DNA of 64,000 nt, from assembly GCA_903813345.2 (NCBI GenBank), contig CAIIXF020000001.1, forward strand, positions 45,260,001 to 45,324,000. The letters run 5' to 3'. The position numbers were made by a program, and so were the translations under genes. Positions 54,301 through 64,000 of this stretch are shown here, piece after piece. How positions within the stretch are numbered: position 1 is the first letter of the stretch; every line of letters begins with the position of its first letter. Origin of the DNA: Owenia fusiformis (taxonomy: Eukaryota). The notes beneath the pieces were generated by a model that was not told the origin of the DNA, did no database searches, and was given only the letters and a program-made list of their open reading frames with translations.

Positions 54301-54993
54301 GCACCTCGAATTTTGGATCGATAATATGCGATGGCAGATACCTGACGCGGTGCCAATTACGACCATCGATTTGAATTTCAGACTTACCAGATATTTGAAA
54401 ATAAAGGACTGTGAGTCTCATTATTCACCATTTTCCTTCAAACTTAAAAGACATCTCATCATATAAAAAACCAACCGCTTTATGCTGTTCTTTGTTGTTA
54501 TTTGGATATTTTTTCAATGTTTTCTTGATACACTCGGTTGTACACATCACTGGCGGATTGGGCAAATTTTGAAACTTTGCTGCTATTTAATTTTTCAAAT
54601 TCTTTTATCCTGCAAGGTCACACAAGGATGAGTAATTGAACGGAAATTCTTCGTCTTGAGGATCTCTGGGAATTTATTCAAAAAAATTGACAGAGACTTA
54701 ATTTGGTGGTTGTGATAAATCCGCCAAATCCACCAAATTAAAACGGCCATCAAAATAGAGCAAAAAAATTGTGGAAAATGCTTGCCTGGATGTTCTTTTT
54801 CTGTTAAGGTCAGACTGCACTTTGGAATTTTCTTGCAATTTTGAAAAGTTGACTATTGAATATTCTAAATAATGAAAGATGTAGACCATGTATGGAGTGA
54901 GTTAGCACAGAAAATGGCACAAAGTTGAAAGTACAGGCTGACCTTAACCATTTCATAGATTTTTATAGAGAGATTATTTTTGTTTACTTTCAG

Positions 54994-55110
54994 ATGATCT
55001 CTGATGTGCAGCTCGCAATATTTGCCAATGTTCTAGGCGTGTCACTTTTTCTCTTGGTAGTACTTTACCATTATGTATCTGTGAACAACCCAAAGAGCAA
55101 GACAGAGTAG
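54994..55110 (+). CDS. OST4: Oligosaccharyltransferase complex subunit 4, 38 aa
   Basis: [41 protein letters not shown] directly follows acceptor TTTCAG. Probable non-coding exon ending 53084 (AAG|GTGAGT) and 3'UTR intron 55151-55602. Confidence 0.96.
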   Translation: MISDVQLAIFANVLGVSLFLLVVLYHYVSVNNPKSKTE

Positions 55111-55509
55111 CCTCATGAAGCTGTCTATTGCCAAACATTGTACATAAATGGTAGGTCATGTTTGGCCCATTAGGCTAAAGTTATGAACTTCTATGTTTAA
55201 TGTTTCCTTGTAAAGATAAATTCTGGATTTTCTGACCTCCAGATTTTTTTTAATAAAGTTTTGTCAGGGTTGGATGAGTGAATGATTGGGGTTAAAGAAG
55301 TGATTAAAGAAAAGTAGCAAATTAGATTACCTTGAAACAATGCACTGTCAATTTATGTTATTGTGAAAAAAACAATATTGTTGCAGGGGTTTCATTAGCA
55401 GCAGGCAACAGTTTTTAGTGACTTTTCAACTTTTCCATGTTCAATTTATGAATTTTTGCCTGTTGTTTTCATTTATTTAGCCTGTTGTGAGAAATTCTAA
55501 TGAAACCCC

Positions 55510-55558
<49 letters not shown>
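55510..55558. repeat. (TTG)n microsatellite
   Basis: About 16 perfect GTT units. Confidence 0.98.
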
Positions 55559-56400
55559 ACTTATAATCAATTACTGTACGCCTTACCCATTGTTGTTTTC
55601 AGGTAAACAATCACCAGGTCATCATGTCATCTTTACCTTCATCAATACAACATTTGGATCATCTTACTACAAAGTGGTGACGTGAATCACTATGGACTTC
55701 ATAATATCACATGGACATTCTCTCTTTGAGAGTCTCATTCTGAATTTTTATACATCTCTGTGGGATTTGGACCAATTCCTCAATCATGAATCATAGTGAT
55801 ACAATCTTCTAGTGCATGTAAAACAAGATGTAATAAATTAATATAATATTGACAATACAATAGTTCATTGTATGTTGTTTATTATTGTATGTTGTGCTGA
55901 ATTGCTAGAATTACAGATCATTGTTTCCAAATGTCTATTCTATCCAAATATATTGTGGAAGAACAACTTTGTTAGTGGGAGGGGACAGGAGTAATTGATT
56001 TTATTTGTTAAGAACATTGCTCTCTGAGAAATTTAAGAGAAGGGCCAGTCAACATTTCTTTGTTAGGTGAGACATAAGAGGGTAGGCTAAATCACATCAC
56101 ATGATCCCTTATTCAATCTTAAATCTTGAGACTTCATTTACTCCTACTCAGATTGGAGCATCTGAATTATATTGATTAAGTCAAGCCAAGAGGAATTGCT
56201 TTTGAACAGATAATATTATTTTCCTCATTCCCCAGATCCCTGGCCTTATTGATATAGTTGAAAGTACTCAGAAAAATTGTCTTGCTTCAACTCATTACCC
56301 ATTAACACACAACTCCATGCACTGACATACATAAGTACATAAACGGACATTATCTGTAACTTGTATAGAATATCTATCTGCCTTGAATCAGTAAGAAATA

Positions 56401-56571
56401 CAGTAAAACCTGTGTATAGTGAACACCTATGACATCACAAAAATGTGTTCACTACAGATAGGTGTTCACTTCAGAGGCAATTTTAACTTAGTGGAGTATG
56501 TGCTGAGAAGAGGTATTCACTAGACACAGGTGTTCACTAGAAAAACCTGTTCACTAAGTCAGGTTTTACTG
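56401..56571. mobile_element. pogo/Tigger-type MITE
   Basis: TA|CAGTAAAACCTG ... CAGGTTTTACTG|TA with internal GTGTTCACT repeats. Confidence 0.8.
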
Positions 56572-58314
56572 TACATTGTCACCAGTGGATCTAGATCTTA
56601 TCATTTTATAATTTAAAATTAGGATGTAAAACACATTTTCTTCCTGAAGACTTCTTGTAAATATTATTGGAACTACAATCTAAACTATACTGGTAACCTT
56701 ACCACAGGTAACCTTTCTAGCAGAGATGAAGCTCTCTTAAAGAAGTGATGTCAAAGTATTAAAAAGGGTAGGTAGGCTCATTACTAATGCATTGTGGAAC
56801 ACTGGTTCCACATTCTTCGTCAAACAGGGGTTCCACATTATCCTTGCCAACATTGTCTTTCAATGCTTATGCTTAATAGTAGGCTACCCTTTGCATTCGT
56901 TCCACTCCGTTTTATTACTAGACTCTACGACTCTTAAACATGGCTGAAACTCCCTAATTACAAAAGGTCACACCTTTGCTGCATTTATACATAACTATCT
57001 GAAATATACAAAAGTTAGGACTTGTACATATGTTTCCACTTTTCATATCATGTTGCAATAAAGTCATTTGATTACTTATTTTTTAAATTCAAAGTAGTTC
57101 CAAAAATCTAAAATGTTACTGTAGTTTCATCCTGCTATGGACACATTGGGTTAGTGCTACATTTGTTTACACACGCTAAATAAAAGTTTGTTTCCACTTT
57201 GTAAGCAACATCATCACAGACACGGGAACAAGAGTTCATCCCCTCCCACTCACTATGTATTAGGTAGAATATTTTTTATTAGCTATACAGTGACGGGGGG
57301 GGATTTAAATCTTCCTGGGCCTGTGAACATCATAATCCATTTGACTTTCAACTAGCCCATGGTGATAAACGTAAAGATATGTACCTCGAGCTTTTTTGTA
57401 CGCGCAATTGTATAAGATCGATGTTACTTTATAGAATGACTAATTCTGCCATCTTTATTTCAACTTAATTAGTGTTTAGAGTATGAGTAAAATCCGATTA
57501 GTGTTGGAGGGTTTCCAATCGTATAGAGGGCAGTGTGAATCATCGTGTACAGTAAGAACCAAAGTACAATGTCCTAAATATTTAACCACGTTGAACAAAT
57601 AGGCAATACATAAACTAGAGCTGTATAAAAATCTAACTACAAGAGCGGTATGAAGGATCGGAAATTAAGGTTGTAAATCACCAGCTAGCACGCCTGTGAG
57701 ATTTCGGACGACTGAAACTTGGAACTTAGAAGGTATATAGTCTACCTGCAAGGCCTTGTGACCGCCCTCCCCCAGTCGGCCTACAGAAGAGAAAGTTGTA
57801 GTCAAGTAGAGGGGATGGTCACAGAGACTTGTATCTAGACTAGAAGGTATGTTAATGTTTGGAACACTGCACCAGGGTCCCCAACACTGATGTATAGCAA
57901 TGTACTGAGGCTAAGACTGTAAATGCACTGGCCTTCAGGCTCCAAAAAGTGGGGCTTTTTGGTCATTACTGGGCCTTTTAAGGCCTTATTTTTTATTTCA
58001 GGCCAAATTTGGAAGAAAATGGGCCTCAAAATTTCAAAATTTGGGCACACTTTTGGGTTTTAGGGGCCCAACATTTTTTTCCCCGAAGCGAGGACGTTTT
58101 TCCCACTGACATGAAATTTGGGCCCCCCCCTCGTTGGTTTCCAGATCCGCCCCTGAAATGGTATATGATTTTGGTTCTTCGACACTAGCCCGGGAACACT
58201 GGATATTAAGAAAGGTACAGTGTAGTTCTGCATGTTGATATTTTCATATACACATACATGTACGATAGCTCATTCCACTTACCCTCTGTACAATTTTCTC
58301 TCTAAGAAAGTATA

Positions 58315-58902
58315 CAGGGTGGGCCAAAAAACGCCGCTTTTTTCAAGACACTATGACTTTTTATTTTCCAACCTACATACCCCAAAATTTGCAGTTATAT
58401 AGTACCAGGTCTTAATAATAATATAATGTAACAAGTCGTTCAACTTGGATAATAATTGATCTAAAAGAGGAGTTAAATTGGCCTGCCACTCTATTTGATG
58501 ATAGATTTTAGTTTTTGTCACCTTGCTGATATAGCAGTATCAATGGAATGTTAGCTAAGACATTTTCAACATATCTTAATTGCCAGCTTTAGTTGAGTAA
58601 CTTATTTTTTTAGATTGTGGGTGCCTTCATACAATCTCCTTGGCCCTTCTCATACCCGGCTATACTCACTGGGTAGGGCTATTAATTTCGCAAATTATTA
58701 GTATGCTATGATTTCTCATGGCACACCACATGTTTAAGTCATACGCTGGTGACATATTTTATTCAAGTAAAAGTGTACAATTCATAATCCATAGCTAGAT
58801 AACAATTTCAAGTTTCATTTGGTATGCAAATTATGATTTTGTACCAAAAATTAAAAAAGTTATAGCACTTTGAAAAAAGGTGGCGTTTTTTGACCCACCC
58901 TG
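58315..58902. mobile_element. Tc1/mariner-type non-autonomous element, copy 1
   Basis: TA|CAGGGTGGGCCAAAAAACGCC ... GGCGTTTTTTGACCCACCCTG|TA; homologous to 61591-62170. Confidence 0.88.
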
Positions 58903-59066
58903 TAGATCATGATTTGGGCTTGGCTGGATACTGATGGCCGTGCAAACTGTCTATCAAAACCACGGGATCAAAACATAGACCTCTATCACGAATTAATGTC
59001 CCAAAAACTTGACGGCGTGTGTAATCATGGCCAATGTAAGAAGATCAGATGTTGGATCACACATTT

Positions 59067-59182
59067 CAGGCCCGTAGCCAGAGGGGGGGGGGGGGGGGGG
59101 GGGCTGGGGGAGCGGAAGCTCCGAAAAAGCCCCCCCCCCCTGGAAAAAAGCTCCCCCTCCTGGTAAAAGCTGGCTACGGGCA
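59067..59182. mobile_element. Small hAT-like MITE
   Basis: CAGGCCCGTAGCCAG ... CTGGCTACGGGC with G/C tracts; related element at ~45500-45742. Confidence 0.6.
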
Positions 59183-59226
59183 AGCATTTAATCGCCTTTT
59201 TGATTTTTTTATATCATAGAATCACA

Positions 59227-62200
59227 ATGTTATCCACAAAGCTTGCCTTGGCACTTGTTGTTCTTCTCCCTGTTCTGATTGGACTGTTTGTTGCACATCA
59301 TGAGGCAACTCAGGGAGATGTCCCCGAAATGAAAGATGAGTGGTGGGGTAAGGGGCCACATCCAAAACCAGATGACAAGGCGATCCTACCTTTCCAAGTT
59401 CAAGTACCTGAAAGTGTTATCAAGGATTTAGGGAGACGACTGAATTCAACAAGGTAACTAAGAGTCAACCAAAAGTAAAAAGCAAGCCCAATGCCCTGTC
59501 TTAGATATAAGAATAGGTCTTCTTAAATAGGATAGGCCTTTTTGAAAATTTTGGTTAGCTCTAAATCTGAAACTGTAAATAAAAATTATCAAATGACGGA
59601 GTTCTGAAACGGCCCAAGTCAGATCAATGTTATTATATTCTACAAGCAATGATCCAGAGGCCTTTTTAATAGATCTCATATCTTAGAAGTGTATCGTTCA
59701 AAAAATTCCTAGAAGAATCTTCCAGATTTCTTGAATTTTTTCTAGCAGAAATTGCCGCACCCTCGCCCCCCCCCCTCCGTCCCTTTTTCCGATCACTGGG
59801 CGTGGTTTAGGAGTATTTGGTTTCTGTTTCTGAGTATTGTGCCCCAAAACAACCACAAAAGGCGACATTTTCACATTTTTCTTGGGCGTCTCACGTGTAA
59901 GTCAATCTTGCAATTTAGAAACCGTACTTAAATGTATGAACAACATTTAAGTGCCGAGTGCAATGTCCCATTTTCTAGGCCATAATAATAACTTACTGTA
60001 TAAATTGTGTTACAGATACTTCACAGAGTTAGAAGATGTCCAGTTCCAATTTGGATTTCGAATGAGTTATATGCGCAAAGTTGTGCAATATTGGTCGACA
60101 GAGTACCTCCCAAAGTGGGCAATGTATGAAGCTAGACTGAACAAGTATCCACATTTCAAGACGCAGATAGGTGGAATTATGGTTCATTTTCTTCATATCA
60201 AGCCAAAATTGAAACCAGGTAGCTAATGCACACCTTTGCTACTTTCTCTGTACACGTTTACTATCGGTTTTCTGAAATGTCCCAACTGTTCCAATTGTAA
60301 ATTTCATAACGATGCTTAAATTCGTATTAGGTTATTTGGCAATTCTTGTTTCCAACATTTTACATCTATTTCTTTGCTATCACTTTACTAGGCTAATTAG
60401 ATAGTTAAAAATCATTGTATGAGGCCGCAGTCCAATGTCAATCATTTTTAGGCCAAACATCGAAACCTTTATTGCTACTGCATGGCTGGCCGGGAAGTGT
60501 CTACGAGTTCTATAACATGATATCCATACTGACGGACAGCACCCAGGGTGATGTATTTGAAATAGTTGCGCCATCTATACCTGGATACGGGTGGTCGGAG
60601 GCTTCACATAGGAAAGGTGATTGGAATATTTTTACAACATTCTTTAACCATGTAAGCCTTAATTTCCAAAATGTGCAAACGAAAGGGATACACATGTCCC
60701 TGTATTATTTTATCTTCTTCAGGATTGGATCAAATTGCTGCTAGTCGTCTGTTTGTTCGATTGATGGACCGACTTGGTATTGACCAGTTTTATGTGCAAG
60801 GAGGGGACTGGGGATCTTTAATAGCAAGAGTGATATCTGAAATGCAACCGCAGTATGTATTTTGTTCAATAATCCCGGAAATGGTAAATGACTGTTCAAA
60901 ACAAGACTTTTATCAGAAGTATTGGGCCAATAGAAAGATGGCAGGACTGTTTGTCTAGATCTAAGAAAAAGTCCAACCACATTGCCATCTTCCCCACTGT
61001 TCCTAACAATTCATTCATAATTCCATATGTATAAGACAAACGCCGGTTTATATTTTTTGATTTTATCCAAGCATATAAAGAACATAATCGTTTTATTTCA
61101 GAAAAATTCTGGGATTACATGTGAACTTGTTTAACGTTTCCCCATTGCGGACTCCAAAGGCATTCTTCAAACAAATTATAGCGTCGTATGCTCCATCTTT
61201 GATCATGGATGAGAAGGATTTGTGGAAGGTTTCCAATGGTTACTTTGGCACCCTATTGTATGTAATATCAGAGACTGGATATATGCACATCCAGGCAACA
61301 AAACCCGACACTGCAGGTGAGCTCCCATAATTCACATTCAGTGACGAGTAAATTGTCTCGGATGCCCTCCCCTCTGCGGATACCAAAAGCAACAACATGG
61401 TTGTTTGTGACCGCCACTAGGCTACTTGACTTGACATAATTTTGATATACAATATTTCAGTAATGGAAATAAGTTTAAATGTCATTATAGGCCTATTACC
61501 AATTACCACAACAGTCAGATTAATTTTTTGTTAATGAATGCCTTCCATATCACTTTTTAAAAAGATTTATTTAGTTTTGAATCGTATTTACAGGGTGGGC
61601 CAAAAACGCCAACCTAGTATACACCCCAAATTTTGCAGTTATATAGTGCCAGGTTTTTTTAGTAATAATATAATGTAACAAGCCCTTCAACTTAAATTAT
61701 ATTTGATCTAAAAGAGGAGTTCAATTGGTCCGCCACCCTCTTTGATGATAGCTTTGAAATAGTCTTAGTTGCCTTGCTGATAAAGAAGTATCATGAAATG
61801 TTGGCTAAGTTTCTTTTAACATGTCTTAATTGCCAGCTTTAGATGGGCACTTTTTTAGATTGGGTGCCTTCATACCATCTCCTGGAGACCTTCCCATACC
61901 CCATACTCACTGGGGATTGCATCAGGACTATTAGCTTGGTGGTCATCAGGCCATATCAGTTCAGGAACATTTTGCAAATTATGTTTATTTCTCATGGCAC
62001 ACCACATGTTTAAGTGAGACACTGGTGCCATATTTTATTCAGATAAAGGTGTACAATTTATAATCCATGGCTAGATAGCATCCTCGAGTTTCATTTGGTA
62101 TGCAAATTATGATTTTGTACCAAAAATAGTTATAGCATTTCGATAAATTGGCGTTTTTTGGCACACACTGTATTTATGCCAGTACATATAATGTCTTGTG

Positions 62201-63047
62201 AATCGTTCGAGGGTATTATTAAGAAAAATAGAGTTTATATATTTAGATAAAAAGTAATGTAAAAGGAAAGGAGGGGTTTTAATAAAAGTGAATGAAACAT
62301 ATAATGATAATGCTTACAGGCTTTGGGCTAACAGATTCCCCGGTCGGCCTAGCAGCATACATCTTAGAGAAATTCTCTACCTGGAGTAATAAGGAGAACA
62401 GAAATGCCGCAGATGGGAATCTTGAGAAACATTTCAAGATCGACGACCTACTAACAAATGTCATGATCTACTGGACAACAAATACAATAACATCATCGAT
62501 GAGATTCTATAAAGAATTATTTCAGGGAGATTGTTTTAGTTTAACACAAAGGTAAGTTGATTGCTGTAGCTTTTTGTATTTTAGATAATCAATGAAGTTA
62601 TTAACTATATGATGTTATCCACTAATTATGTTATTCAAGATATTCAAGTAAAACAAGCGAGAGAGGAACGTTGACGTTTCAAAAAAAAAATCTCGATGGT
62701 CTTTAACATTTATTGTTGAAATGCCTCTCCCGGCTCTCCCCTATCTCAATATATGCCGTAAATTGCATTTGTCTGATTATTGGGAATACTCATTGCTATT
62801 TTGGATTAAGGTATCTGTTTTTTACTTCAGAATGCTCTCCACAGTGCCAACTGCGCTGGCCTGCTTTCCTCACGAGATAGCCCCGTGTCCACCGAAGGTT
62901 TTGGCCAAGGATATGTACATTAACATTGTTCAATACACCGATTTACCCAAAGGAGGACACTTTGGTGCATTTGAACAACCAGAAATACTTGCTCAAGACA
63001 TTAGGAATTTTGTAAAGAAAATACAAGATAGGCAAAATAGCAAATAA
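59227..63047 (+). CDS. EPHX1: Microsomal epoxide hydrolase, 462 aa
   Basis: Exons 59227-59453, 60016-60218, 60452-60616, 60723-60852, 61102-61316, 62320-62551, 62831-63047. N-terminal anchor, LLHGWPGS, PSIPGYGWS, QGGDWGS (Asp), ETGYMHIQATKPDT, DSPVGLAAYILEKFSTW, SMRFYKE, FPHE (Glu), GGHFGAFEQP (His). Confidence 0.96.
61591..62170. mobile_element. Tc1/mariner-type non-autonomous element, copy 2 (EPHX1 intron 5)
   Basis: TA|CAGGGTGGGCCAAAAACGCC ... GGCGTTTTTTGGCACACACTG|TA. Confidence 0.85.
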
Positions 63048-64000
63048 ACAATTTGCTCTTACTCGAGTGACAATGTGGAGTTTTGGAAGCTGATTTAAGC
63101 ATAAATGGGACAAAATGTAGAAAGGGAAAATATAATTAATTTTTGAATTGTTTTTTTTGGTGCTGCTTACCAAAATGAATGCTTAGATCGTTCAAGATAT
63201 CGGAAATAGTAGACGGCAGGACAATAGTTGAATAATGGAAAATAAGTGGAGGATGATGTTGACCCGGGGGTGTTGAAACCTGCGAAACGGACTTTACTGC
63301 ACTTGAATCATGCGAAAATAACTGCCGCTTCGAACTTAACTGCTCCTTGTTGGGGAAAACTAATAATGAAAATAGTTTTAATAGCATATCGTATGAGGCC
63401 TTGGAGAGAGTGGGCTCTAGATAGAGGATCATCGTCCCCTAACTATAAGGTCGCCGCTATGATACCTTGTTGTCCACATCACCATTTGGTACATATAGTG
63501 GCCTCAATTACAATTAGGAATAAATGGGGGCACTGAGCACCCCAGGTGACTCAGCACAAATAAAATGCAAAATCTCTTACATTTGACTTGATGTTATTGG
63601 TGTCAATTATGAATAAAATATAGAGAAAGCAAAACACGCGATTGACATTGATGTTGGGGGTAGGGGTGAGGAAATGGTAATGGCTGAGTGTGGGGAAGTT
63701 TAATTAGTAATTAGTGTGTCAACCAATGGGAGATTGGTGAGTGTGAATTAATCAGTGTAAGTTACCAGTCAGGAAGGGGTTATACTAAGACAAATGATAC
63801 AAATATATGCAATTACGTAAATCTTGAAGGTTAGAGGCATGGGGAAAGTGAAAGGTGGCAAACATTGGCCTTTGCATATTAGTATTATCTTGGTCTCCCT
63901 TCTGTTATCTGCCAAAGTTATCCATATCTATAGTTGCGTTATCTAGAGATATCCTATTGATGATATAGCAGAGCTGTCGAACTAATTATTTTCATTCAGT

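Noticed and set aside
63136..63536. ORFs downstream of EPHX1
   Set aside because: No recognisable similarity or splice support; probably 3'UTR or repeat sequence.

Overview
AT-rich, intron-rich animal genomic DNA, most consistent with a marine invertebrate (species not determinable from sequence). I reconstructed eight spliced protein-coding genes with phase-consistent GT-AG junctions: GSTK1 (-, 3' end off-window), NUDT8 (+), a secreted DNase I (-), a ~1033-aa C2H2 zinc-finger gene (-), an HS6ST-like sulfotransferase (+) nested wholly in the last intron of that zinc-finger gene, a membrane-anchored copine/RGLG-type vWA gene (-), OST4 (+) and EPHX1 (+). Introns and intergenic DNA hold many non-autonomous elements: Helentron/HINE-like, Spy-like, hAT, Tc1/mariner, PIF-like, Kolobok-like, a LINE 3' end and a tRNA-derived SINE. 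The most unusual observations are: (1) a 13 x 96-bp tandem amplification of the DNase I exon-3 splice acceptor plus exon, leaving 12 truncated decoy copies ahead of the real exon; (2) a pair of duplicated, frame-incompatible (mutually exclusive) exons encoding the vWA DxTxS motif; (3) a His-to-Asn change in the nested HS6ST; (4) a TSD-less Spy-type insertion at AAAA|TTT with empty sites visible in sibling repeats; (5) a putative transposon supplying the NUDT8 C-terminus; (6) a 133-bp inverted duplication of the zinc-finger gene's first splice donor bracketing its presumed promoter. Family assignments rest on motif recognition by eye; no database searches were run.
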